DNA of 64,000 bases. Source: Bdellovibrionota bacterium (GTDB lineage: Bacteria > Bdellovibrionota_C > UBA2361 > JAAYZI01). Within the stretch, counting starts at the first letter, position 1, and every line of letters starts with the position of its first letter. A program made the position numbers and the translations under genes. The stretch spans positions 896,001 to 960,000 of the forward strand of contig JBMNIF010000002.1 in NCBI GenBank assembly GCA_050950765.1, written 5' to 3'. The notes under the pieces were generated by a model, which saw only the letters and a program-made list of their open reading frames with translations, was not told where the DNA came from and ran no database searches. Positions 52,601 to 61,133 of this stretch are shown in pieces.

Positions 52601-52875
52601 GGATGGGGGATACTACCTCGTGGAATGCAGTTAAACAGGGCGATTTTTATGGCTTTGGAGTTCAGGGAGAATATAACAAAAATGTGGGTCAGATATCTGG
52701 ATATAAAGATCAAATTGGAGAAACTGCGGGTTACTTTACTGAAGGTGCTAATTTCAAAGGAACTATTGGAGTTAGTAAAGAGGAAATTGGAAGAAGTTTT
52801 AAAGATACGTTCTCTTCAGATGATAATATGTTTAAAGAGCCAACAGGAACATTTCGTCAAGTCGAAAAGAAGTGA
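49693..52875 (+). CDS. TraG N-terminal-like (VirB6-type) membrane protein with Gly/Ala-rich tail
   Basis: N-terminal TMs, large periplasmic region, MPYMQGVALYFLSAMYPF...WAKSWD TM block, LYFAVPAVTG, then a low-complexity tail. Confidence 0.6.
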   Translation: MKVSKEEVVMSGIYRCLLGIALLVFVVLPAQVVADPRIGDRYTLPAKGSVECTSTVMNEIAAAFNTQGYWVLDDLVHQIGEFNLGLWAPFLYIFVVFFGLIQMAMGMPPRTYMWWIFGPIIYDWLLFTPVEEARKGVCWNVGTSKQTQAEVWRLAEVGFVNLNDIENRAKGYSIEKGPNEGARYIPMVFAWFDDLISDQIEFLVAWSGITRQIKNPNGTTYMHNQPSSITSKSDGDVNPWAILTNSKWPMLEDITASTLHNADLREALSRFMASECGDKLSEFIDKGAYASSGAARGVKLPESVFVDCNGATETIGGNAGYKKILNALKTQWVPYPEELKRMLYPVGKDESGSFVNFSSATKQFSEVLTKDTSPMQINCAQFLYLIMQGFRWESGHAYNQVIARASEHKLTAEVVTYDFLYGWRIGKENSVSLTIKEQQQFVQNLILLYMMRNEFRMVTAPADRKYTSSERAENYVNLNAATVGSKNKFGELYMWAKLMPYMQGVALYFLSAMYPFACMLMIIPGWHKVILTWMGFYAWAKSWDAGFAVVMSLERNIWAMVGNTHDAAEINERVYQQRLAGTIKLQEGVTDAGGTCDMPNLVGCLIPDVIDQGEVGAKGDTQAFTSAIRTFDYGMLLTSRLDLDLANAYYIYLMSALYFAVPAVTGQILLGAKAGIAGMLTQGVSGVAQQTGSGAGMGYQGELSTDTANNQAVASQEGFAKSLRNGGFAQRALEAGSASAKTEQTSAGASAMGSLVGVEQGMNAQNWDMHDAALKNVVGAVTGVVETGQDVKNKVGNKKAPTPPSSGSSVVGGGAGGGAGGGVGGGVGGVGGGAASTGLQNTADQILQHLKASAGGQSWPQIFNTGLRAAAAGAGAGIAYGKGQSSFAFSKDQADYTASGAIAGAESRLVGFQSGRYGEVAQQAAAEKQWVASRRLGRQMAGTMSAMGIFPNSFTAGPKPTSVNGMLGLGMGDTTSWNAVKQGDFYGFGVQGEYNKNVGQISGYKDQIGETAGYFTEGANFKGTIGVSKEEIGRSFKDTFSSDDNMFKEPTGTFRQVEKK

Positions 52876-52952
52876 AGTAAATAACTGTATGCGGGGAGGA
52901 GTTAACTAAAGAAGAGTAGCACTCACAACAGGTGCTACCTATCTAAATCTCT

Positions 52953-52980
52953 TTATCCCCCCTTACAAAGGGGGGGATAA
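52953..52980. terminator. GC-rich hairpin
   Basis: TTATCCCCCCTT-ACAA-AGGGGGGGATAA downstream of the traG-like gene. Confidence 0.55.
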
Positions 52981-53273
52981 GGCGCTAAGAGTGGCGTAAG
53001 CCTCCTTTCACTTAATCCATTCATTTTTTTAATAATTTCATATTGTTAGATTGTGTGCAGATAATAGGCGCTAAGCCTAGCTGGCTCCCTTGCTCTAAAG
53101 GGTGGCACCAAATTTCCAGCTAATTTCTTCAATGCTTTGAGAGCGCCCAAAGTTAAAGATTGACCAAGACTGGATCTGATTCGGAGTTTGGAATATCTTT
53201 CGGGTGTCGTAGTTAGCTTTGTGATACGACATCTAACATAACGGCATTTACTGTTTTTCAGGAGTGACCAACA

Positions 53274-54191
53274 ATGATAAATCGAAAAAAACTTAATAAG
53301 ATTACCGTTCCCTCTATCCTACTTAGTAAAAGTAAGGGACAACAGGGGGGCGACACCAAAACCAAAACGGAGGTAGGTGACACCAAAGCTCATCAAAACT
53401 CCACACCCCAAACCACAATTGAAAAAATTACGGCGCTGACGGCTTATGATTACACCACAGCGTGCCTTTTTGATCGTGCTGGAGTTGATATAATCTTGGT
53501 TGGAGATTCTGTCGCAACTGTTATGCAGGGACACTCTACAACACTTCCAGTAACCCTTGATGAAATGATCTATCACTGCAAATGCGTTACGGCAGGTGTA
53601 AAACGCGCCCTCGTCGTTGGCGATATGCCGTTTTTGTCATATCAATCTTCCATAGAAAAAGGGGTCGAATCTGCTGGACGCTTACTAAAAGAGGGCGGAG
53701 TCTCCGCCGTGAAACTTGAAGGCGGCGTCTACATGGCGGCAACTATCGAAAAATTGGTGCAGGTAGATATCCCCGTTGTCGGACATATCGGACTCACTCC
53801 ACAATCATTTCATAGAATGGGGGGACATAAACAACAGGGAAGAACCTCCTCCTCTCATAACGCAGAAGTCGCGACTGCCGGTTCAAAAGAACGAATTATC
53901 GAAGATGCCATCGCAGTTGAAGAAGCTGGCGCTTTTGCTCTCGTTATTGAAGGGGTACCGGCTGAGTTGGGAGCTGAGATAACGAGTAGAGTATCAATCC
54001 CGACTATCGGTATCGGTGCGGGGTATGGCTGTGACGGTCAGATCCTTGTTTATAGCGATATGTTGGGGCTGAACCCTGATTTCTGCCCGTCATTTGTTAA
54101 ACAATATGTAAATCTGGCAGAGATAATAACGGCTGCTGTTAAACAATATATTAGCGAAGTCGAAAGTGGTGTCTTTCCCCAAAAACCGTAG
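53274..54191 (+). CDS. panB: 3-methyl-2-oxobutanoate hydroxymethyltransferase
   Basis: LTAYDY, ILVGDS, GDMPFLSY, AVKLEGG, GHIGLTPQ and IGIGAG..CDGQILV. Confidence 0.97.
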   Translation: MINRKKLNKITVPSILLSKSKGQQGGDTKTKTEVGDTKAHQNSTPQTTIEKITALTAYDYTTACLFDRAGVDIILVGDSVATVMQGHSTTLPVTLDEMIYHCKCVTAGVKRALVVGDMPFLSYQSSIEKGVESAGRLLKEGGVSAVKLEGGVYMAATIEKLVQVDIPVVGHIGLTPQSFHRMGGHKQQGRTSSSHNAEVATAGSKERIIEDAIAVEEAGAFALVIEGVPAELGAEITSRVSIPTIGIGAGYGCDGQILVYSDMLGLNPDFCPSFVKQYVNLAEIITAAVKQYISEVESGVFPQKP

Positions 54192-54302
54192 GTTGTGTCT
54201 GTACGACTAATTACTTAATGAGGGGGAATGGGTGGTGCCCTTCCCCCCAAAAGCCGTAGGTTGTGATCTGTAAATAGTGCGTCGATTATAGTGATTTATA
54301 CA

Positions 54303-54520
54303 TTTAAGGACTTTTTTCCCTCCTTAAGATTGTAAGTAAGTTAACATTTAAGGGGTTTTTTCCTCCTCCTCCTTAAGATTGTAAGCACATTATGCTTTAA
54401 GGACTTTTTTCCCTCCTTAAAATCGCAATTACGCTATGCTTTAAGCGGCTTTTTTCCTCCTTAAGGTGGTAAGTACGTTAAGATTCAAAGCGGCTTTTTT
54501 CCTTAAGATTGTAAGCACAT
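54303..54520. repeat. Degenerate tandem repeat (about 5 copies) upstream of smpB
   Basis: TTTAAGG(A/G)(C/G)TTTTTTCC(CT)CCTTAAGATTGTAAG recurring at roughly 43-50 bp spacing. Confidence 0.8.
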
Positions 54521-54587
54521 TAAAAAATGTGGATAATACCCCTTTAAGCTTAACATATCTTGCAATTACTATAAGTAAGGTCTCACG

Positions 54588-55061
54588 ATGTCAAAACAAC
54601 ACGATAATACATCAGATTTTAAGGTTATTAACGTTAATAAAAAAGCTAGGTTTGATTATATCATACTTGAGACTTTTGAAGCGGGGATCGTTTTATCCGG
54701 AAATGAAATTAAATCTGTTAGATCAGGTGGTGTTTCTTTAACGGAAGCTTATATCCGCCCCGTTGATGGAGAGATGTTTTTAATAGGTTCAAATATTAAA
54801 GAATACGCCTTCAGCCACGATTCAAATTATAATCCCACTCGACAACGGAAGTTGCTGTTACATAAACGGGAGATAGATAAATTGCGCGGACGGGTCGAGA
54901 TGAAAGGGATGACGTTGGTGCCACTTAGAATCTACCTCAAACGGGGGATAGCAAAAGTTGAGATCGGCTTAGCTAAAGGTAAAGACGCTCCCGATAAACG
55001 CAGGGCGATTATGGCTAGAGAGAAAGACCGTGAAGCTGAAAGAGCTATGAAAAGAATGTGA
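54588..55061 (+). CDS. smpB: SsrA-binding protein
   Basis: NKKARFDY, EAGIVLSGNEIKSVR and RKLLLHKREI. Confidence 0.97.
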   Translation: MSKQHDNTSDFKVINVNKKARFDYIILETFEAGIVLSGNEIKSVRSGGVSLTEAYIRPVDGEMFLIGSNIKEYAFSHDSNYNPTRQRKLLLHKREIDKLRGRVEMKGMTLVPLRIYLKRGIAKVEIGLAKGKDAPDKRRAIMAREKDREAERAMKRM

Positions 55062-55068
55062 GTTTGTT

Positions 55069-56550
55069 ATGAATGATCTTACTAAAAATATCACTATCCT
55101 ACTTAGCGCTAATCCACGACAGACCTTCTTTAAGAATTATAAGGAATTAAAAAGGTATGTAGCTGCAGAAGATATCTTTGTTTGTTCGGATACTTTAAGT
55201 TTAGATAATGTGCCCTCCAGTCAATACATTCAAGTTAAAAACACCTTAAATGGAAAAGCTTTAAAAGAGGCGCTAGAACGTACTCAAACGAAGTTCCTGC
55301 TCTTAGTGCTGCCACCTGATATAGTAGAGTTAAATGCAGACACGTTACAAAGTTTTGTAAATAGAGCTGAAGCAGATAACGCCACCTTAGTTTTTGCTGC
55401 TCATCAATCTCAAGAAGGTGTGCAGCCACTTATCGATTATCAGTTCGGGTCTGTTAGAGATGACTTTAATTTTGGTGCCTTAATCTTAATTGATACCAAA
55501 GCAGCAAAAGAGGTTGTCTCTAAATATCCGCAACTTTTACCAGATGATTCTGCTGCCGCTTGGTATGGTCTGCGCTTGGCGTTAGCACTAAAGAAAACCC
55601 CCGTCCGCATTCAGGAAGTGCTCTACACCGTTAAGCCACAAGAGATAGAGGATCAAGAGAAAGCTCATTTCAGTTATGTTGATCCTGCTAATCGCACCCT
55701 TCAAAAAGAGTTGGAAAGAGTGTTTACACACTATGCAAAGGTAGCAGGCTTTTTTTTGCCGCAAGTTAAAAAAGTTGAAGTCTTTAAAGATGATTTTAAA
55801 TACGAAGCTTCTGTTATCATTCCGGTAAAAAATCGCGTATCAACGATAAGTGATGCTGTAATTAGCGCCTGCTCTCAGATAACAGATTTTAAATTTAACG
55901 TTATTGTAGTTGATAACTATTCAGATGATGGGACAACCGCCATCTTAGATACTTTAGAAGAGAAGTATCCACAACTGCGACACGTAATCCCAGCGGAGGT
56001 TGGACTCGCTATCGGTGGTTGCTGGAACGTTGCCATAGCCGATCCGGAATGTGGTAAGTTCGCCGTACAACTTGATTCCGATGACCTCTATATCGATCAC
56101 AACACCTTGCAAACGATCGTTGATTGTTTCAGACGGGAGAGGTGCGCCGCCGTAGTTGGTGCTTATCGTTTGGTTGATAAAGATTTAAATGAGATCCCAC
56201 CAGGGGTGATAGACCATAGGGAGTGGAGTGATGAAAATGGACATAATAACGGTTTGCGCATTAACGGATTCGGTGCACCACGTGCGTTTTATACTCCGCT
56301 GGCACGCGCTATAAAATTCCCTAATGTTAGTTATGGCGAGGATTACGCCATGATGCTTGCTGTAACGAGATCACATAAGATAGCGAGGATCTATGATCCC
56401 CTTTATCTGTGCAGAAGGTGGGAAGGGAATAGTGATTCAAAGTTGAGTATCGAAAAAGGTAATCGCTTTAACGCATACAAAGATGAATTGCGGACAAATG
56501 AGATCTTAAAAAGGATTGAAGAGGTTAAATCTTCTCCTTGTCATGTCTAA
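55069..56550 (+). CDS. Glycosyltransferase family 2 protein
   Basis: SVIIPVKNR, VVDNYSDDGT, QLDSDDLY and SYGEDYA. Confidence 0.88.
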   Translation: MNDLTKNITILLSANPRQTFFKNYKELKRYVAAEDIFVCSDTLSLDNVPSSQYIQVKNTLNGKALKEALERTQTKFLLLVLPPDIVELNADTLQSFVNRAEADNATLVFAAHQSQEGVQPLIDYQFGSVRDDFNFGALILIDTKAAKEVVSKYPQLLPDDSAAAWYGLRLALALKKTPVRIQEVLYTVKPQEIEDQEKAHFSYVDPANRTLQKELERVFTHYAKVAGFFLPQVKKVEVFKDDFKYEASVIIPVKNRVSTISDAVISACSQITDFKFNVIVVDNYSDDGTTAILDTLEEKYPQLRHVIPAEVGLAIGGCWNVAIADPECGKFAVQLDSDDLYIDHNTLQTIVDCFRRERCAAVVGAYRLVDKDLNEIPPGVIDHREWSDENGHNNGLRINGFGAPRAFYTPLARAIKFPNVSYGEDYAMMLAVTRSHKIARIYDPLYLCRRWEGNSDSKLSIEKGNRFNAYKDELRTNEILKRIEEVKSSPCHV

Positions 56551-56671
56551 ATAAAGGTAACTTTTAAAGAAAGGGATGGGGGAAATTTTATTGAGGCAAG
56601 TGTCTTAGTCGTGACCAAAATGTTTAATAAAGGTAAGGACAGTTTTTAGGGAGAGGAGAGGAAAAAATTTT

Positions 56672-57565
56672 ATGGCACACTTCGAATTAAAAAAGAAGTT
56701 AAAGGCGCTTTATGCGGAGCAGATCTCCTCGTGGGAACTTTTAAAGGAGAATGTTTCTGAACTTGACTTGGTTAAGCGTAAAAGTTTTACGGTAAACGGG
56801 GATGATGTTGTTGTGCAGTATAATCCGAAACGTGCCGCTAGCACCTTTGCAAAGATTGATGCAGCATCAATCGCTGCGCGCCCCTGTTTTTTATGTCCGC
56901 AAAATCTTTTAAAAGATCAAAACGGCTTTATTGTAGAGGAAGATTACCTAGTTTTGTGTAATCCGCGTCCGATTTTTAGAGAACATTTTACGGTATCCTC
57001 AAGAGAGCATCTTCCGCAAGATTTAGAAGGTAGGGAAGGGGAGTTCGTCAAGATCACTAAGGAATTAGGCGTTGAGTATGCGCTACTGTTTAATGGCGCT
57101 CGTGCAGGTGCTTCAGCCCCCGATCATCTACATTTTCAAATTTGCCCCGCTGCAGAATTGCCGCTATTACGTTCACTAAATATCGAAGTAGAGCAGGAGG
57201 GGGCTTTTGTTAGGCAGTTTTATGGCGTTAATTTCCTATTATTCGCTACAAAAAGTGCAGAGGAGAGTAAGAAGATACTTAAAAAGGTGTTGGCGCAAGT
57301 TGCAGATAGAACGTTACTTAATGTTATTGCTACAACAAAAAACGATACCTTGATAACTATCGTTATTATACGTGCGGCGCACCGTCCGAGTTGCTACACC
57401 TGTGGTGATGAAGAGCGGAGAGTTTTAGTTAGCCCTGCTGCTGTTGAGATGGGTGGTGTTTTTGTAGTGGCGAGAGAGAAGGATTTTGAAAGATTGAATG
57501 AGGGTAATGTAGCAGAGATCTTTAAAGAGGTGGTTGATCAAGATCTTACCTCGTTATATCCTTAA
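56672..57565 (+). CDS. DUF4922 / HIT-like nucleotidyltransferase-phosphorylase
   Basis: QYNPKR, RPCFLC, NPRPIF..HFT, FNGARAGASAPDHLHFQ and VSPAAVEMGG. Confidence 0.8.
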   Translation: MAHFELKKKLKALYAEQISSWELLKENVSELDLVKRKSFTVNGDDVVVQYNPKRAASTFAKIDAASIAARPCFLCPQNLLKDQNGFIVEEDYLVLCNPRPIFREHFTVSSREHLPQDLEGREGEFVKITKELGVEYALLFNGARAGASAPDHLHFQICPAAELPLLRSLNIEVEQEGAFVRQFYGVNFLLFATKSAEESKKILKKVLAQVADRTLLNVIATTKNDTLITIVIIRAAHRPSCYTCGDEERRVLVSPAAVEMGGVFVVAREKDFERLNEGNVAEIFKEVVDQDLTSLYP

Positions 57566-57708
57566 AGGTGTTGTTTTAATGGTATAAAAAGCATTTGCGG
57601 TGTTACTATTATAAGTAGTCTGTACAGATAAGGAGGGGTGATATGGCTCTTCAGCTGGTGGTAGCGCAAAGTTGTTATAAGTAGTCTGTACAGATAAGGA
57701 GGGGTGAT

Positions 57709-58107
57709 ATGGCGGATCTTTATAATGGTTTTTTATTAAATGACGATGGTAACATTTCTAAAAAGAAGTTAGCTGTTTGTGTAGCAACACTATTACTTGA
57801 AATGGCGTACGTTGATGATGAGTTCCATAAAAAAGAGTATGAGGAAGTTATCAAACAATTAAGTAAAGCCTATGATTTTCTCGATGAAGAGTCAGCAGAG
57901 ACTGTGGATGTTGTGCGTTATTTACGTTCTGAAGAACCGGAAGTGGAAGATTTCATCAATTTAGTAAAAAATACATATTCAGAGTCTCAAAAGGAAGATA
58001 TCTATAATTTAATTCTTGAAGTAGCTATCGCTGATGGGAAAGTGGTTCCCGAAGAGATTCAGTTTTCGCGTGTAGTACGTGAAAAACTGGGTTTGCCGAA
58101 GTTATAG
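57709..58107 (+). CDS. TerB-family protein
   Basis: LLLEMAYVDDEF...EVAIADGKV..EE. Confidence 0.8.
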   Translation: MADLYNGFLLNDDGNISKKKLAVCVATLLLEMAYVDDEFHKKEYEEVIKQLSKAYDFLDEESAETVDVVRYLRSEEPEVEDFINLVKNTYSESQKEDIYNLILEVAIADGKVVPEEIQFSRVVREKLGLPKL

Positions 58108-58271
58108 TGCGCAAGTTTTTCGCTAAAAGTGCCGAAAGATCTTTTTCTGGCAAATTTTCTTTTCTACTGATATAATTAGAGGTTCAGTGCGTTTTTATCT
58201 TATCTGCTACTGTCGGAGGTGGTGGCTATGGCTTTTGCCAAGTTGAAATAAAACGTAGCTGAAGTTTTTAA

Positions 58272-58673
58272 GGGGGTGCTTGGTTTCGACGGGATTCAGT
58301 GAGGTATTAGTAAGCACATCTAGGTTCGGCTGGCCTAGTAAAAAAGCCGGAAAAAAATAACTGCAAATGACAATGATTTTGCATATGACTATAATTGTGC
58401 ACTTGCTGCTTAGTTATTCGTCATAAAATAGATCCGCTCTATCATGTTCGGGTCAGTTCGTAGCGTGAGTGCTTGTGGCGGGCTACGGGCTTAAACTTAG
58501 CAAGCTAGTTTTTAATACCCAAGCCAGAGGTGTTAAGAGCGAAAACAATCAGGCTGGTTCCTCGTAACTGCGTGAGTACAGTTGTGTTGAACGAGATTAA
58601 TTATTCACTAAATGTGTAGAAAGCTAATGCTAAGGAGTCTCGGACAGGGGTTCGAATCCCCTCACCTCCACCA
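58272..58673 (+). ncRNA. ssrA: tmRNA
   Basis: 5' GGGGGTG..GGTTTCGAC; 3' GGGGTTCGAATCCCCTCACCTCCACCA; tag ORF 58363-58413 ANDNDFAYDYNCALAA*. Confidence 0.96.
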
Positions 58674-59568
58674 ATCCCTCCGTCAATTAAAAGTACCGTT
58701 TGTAATGTTTTAAAAGATAATCTCCGCAAGAATAATCTCCGCAAGAAAGATACACCGAATAGGATTGAAAGGTGTGCTTTAAAAGGCGCACTTGGAGATA
58801 TAGCTAGTGATAGCTAAAAGAATCCTTACAAATAAAATCCCAGACCCTTCAAAGCATATTATTGAGATAGAGCGATCAGGGAGGTTCTGTAAATAATTTT
58901 GTGTATTTTGTTATTTTAGGGCGGTGTTAATAGTTAAAATATACTCAAATGAATACTAGATAAGGAGTTGCTCTCAACGGAAGGAGCTATAAATTAGTTG
59001 GTCTATATTTATATTCTTCGGGTTTGGACTCGCAACTTCTTTGTGACACCATCTTGCGACAAGCTCACGACAGAACTTGTGACACAGTTATTTTCAGACT
59101 CGAGTTTGCGGAATGATTGCAGGCGACCTCCGAGCGGGAGTTGAAACTTGTCTATAAAGCGACTCAACTTATACCATCAAAATATCTGAAGGGGATTTAC
59201 AAATTCTATAAAAAAAATTACTTTTTGCATCGATACATTAAAGCATAAACTCGCCAAGGATAGGGGAGTATTGCGATCGTTTACGTTTGGAAATTAGTTA
59301 TTAAAAATTAGTTACGGAGAGGCTGTTCAAAAATTCTTTCAGCTGGGTGTGTATGTGCTCGGCATGGTATTTACGCCGATGAGGATTTGAGGTTTTCGCA
59401 GCAACAACGTCAGAAGAAAAATTTTGCCCATACTGGGCATACATCAACAACTTGATAAAATGGAGTATCCATGCACACCGCGACAATGATGATGATCATT
59501 CTCTGCGCTGGGTTAGCCAGTCAATGGCTAGCTTGGCGACTTCGTTTGCCAGCGATAGTCGTTTTAAT

Positions 59569-61133
59569 CCCAAACTTTTCTGTGATTTACGTAACAATAA
59601 AGTAACATATTGTTATAACCTATAGAAATTTTTTAAAAATTAACAAAAAAGGGGGTTGACTTTTTTGTTGTTTTGACATACGTATTTAGGTATGGGAAAG
59701 AAAGCAAAAATACACCCTGATTGGGCAACAAAATATCGAGAGAAAGGAAAAGAGGTACGTCTTATCAATGGGAGATATTACCTATATAGCTACAGCTATA
59801 AGTATGACCCTGAGAGGAAAAGGAGCGTGAAAGTTACTGGTAAATTACTTGGACGAATTACAGAAGAGGACGGTTTTATACCAAGTGAGAAGAGAAGCCT
59901 TGTACCTGCTGTGAATATTAAGTGCAGAGAGTATGGTTTATCTCAATTTATCCTCAATCAAAAAACAATTATTGAAAGACTTCGGTGTTATTTTCCAGAT
60001 AAGTGGAAGGCTATTTTGCTGATGTCATACAGCAGGATCAAACATTGCTCTCCTATTAAACGCATGAATGATGATTTTGAAAACAGTATGTTGAGTGAAA
60101 AACTTAATTTTCTTCTTAATAAGAAAGCTATTCCGAATATTTTGCAATCGATTGGGAAAGATGAATTTGCTCGTTCTGAATATATGAAGAGTTTTATTCA
60201 TGGAAAAGATTTTTTGTTAATTGATTCTACATTTCTTAGAACATCTATGAGAAAGTCGAGTCTTGCTAAAGGAGGATATAATAAAGACCATTTTTGGGAA
60301 ACGCAGGCGAGTTTGCTTTATATTTACTCTAAAAAATTGCAACAACCAGTCTATTATAGGTTATTGGCTGGGAATATAAGAGATGTAAAAGCTCTATCTT
60401 TAACTATCCAAGAATCAGAAATTGGTGATGCTACTATTATTGCAGATAAGGGTTTCTATTCAGAGTCTAACGTTAAAGATCTTATAGAGAATAAACTTAG
60501 CTTTGTTATTCCATTGCGTAGAAATAGCTCTCTTATAGACTATGATGGAATAGAAACAAGCAGGAACGTTATTGAATATAATAAAACGTACTTAAGATAT
60601 AAAAAATATAAGATTGGGAATGGATTTATATATCTGTTTAGAGACCCGTTTTTAGCAGGTGAAGAGGAAAATAACTTAGTTTCATTAACAATATCTCATC
60701 CAGAAAAATACAATTTAACAGATGTTGATTTAAAAAAAGTGAGGCTAGGAACTGTTGCATTCTTTTCAAATTTGGACTCATCCGCAGAAGAAATATACAC
60801 GTTATACAAAATGCGACTATCTATTGAACAATCTTTTGATACGTTAAAAACTGTTTTAAAAGCAGATGCTTCATATATGAGTGATGATGATAAATTTCAG
60901 GGATGGATGTTCGTGAATCACATAGCAATACAGTGGAGCTATGAAATATTAAAAACAATAAAAAAACATAAACTTTCGACTTCAATATCATTAGAAGATG
61001 CTATCAGAAGGTTATCTGAAATTAAAAAAGTTAGGCTTGGGGACTCTTGGTATTTAGCCGAGCAAACTAAAGCAGAGCTAAAAATAGCCGAACTGTTACT
61101 TACTTAACATACGTAAAAAGGGGAAAGTTTGGG
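59569..61133 (+). mobile_element. IS1634/IS4-like insertion sequence, copy 1
   Basis: TIRs CCCAAACTTT and AAAGTTTGGG; 6-bp TSD TTTAAT at 59563-59568 and 61134-61139. Confidence 0.92.
59692..61107 (+). CDS. DDE transposase
   Basis: LLIDST, GNIRDV, IIADKGFYS and YKMRLSIEQSFDTLK. Confidence 0.92.
   Translation: MGKKAKIHPDWATKYREKGKEVRLINGRYYLYSYSYKYDPERKRSVKVTGKLLGRITEEDGFIPSEKRSLVPAVNIKCREYGLSQFILNQKTIIERLRCYFPDKWKAILLMSYSRIKHCSPIKRMNDDFENSMLSEKLNFLLNKKAIPNILQSIGKDEFARSEYMKSFIHGKDFLLIDSTFLRTSMRKSSLAKGGYNKDHFWETQASLLYIYSKKLQQPVYYRLLAGNIRDVKALSLTIQESEIGDATIIADKGFYSESNVKDLIENKLSFVIPLRRNSSLIDYDGIETSRNVIEYNKTYLRYKKYKIGNGFIYLFRDPFLAGEEENNLVSLTISHPEKYNLTDVDLKKVRLGTVAFFSNLDSSAEEIYTLYKMRLSIEQSFDTLKTVLKADASYMSDDDKFQGWMFVNHIAIQWSYEILKTIKKHKLSTSISLEDAIRRLSEIKKVRLGDSWYLAEQTKAELKIAELLLT

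Noticed and set aside
58700..59460. Gene remnant between ssrA and the antiporter
   Set aside because: Only short open stretches with no recognisable motif.
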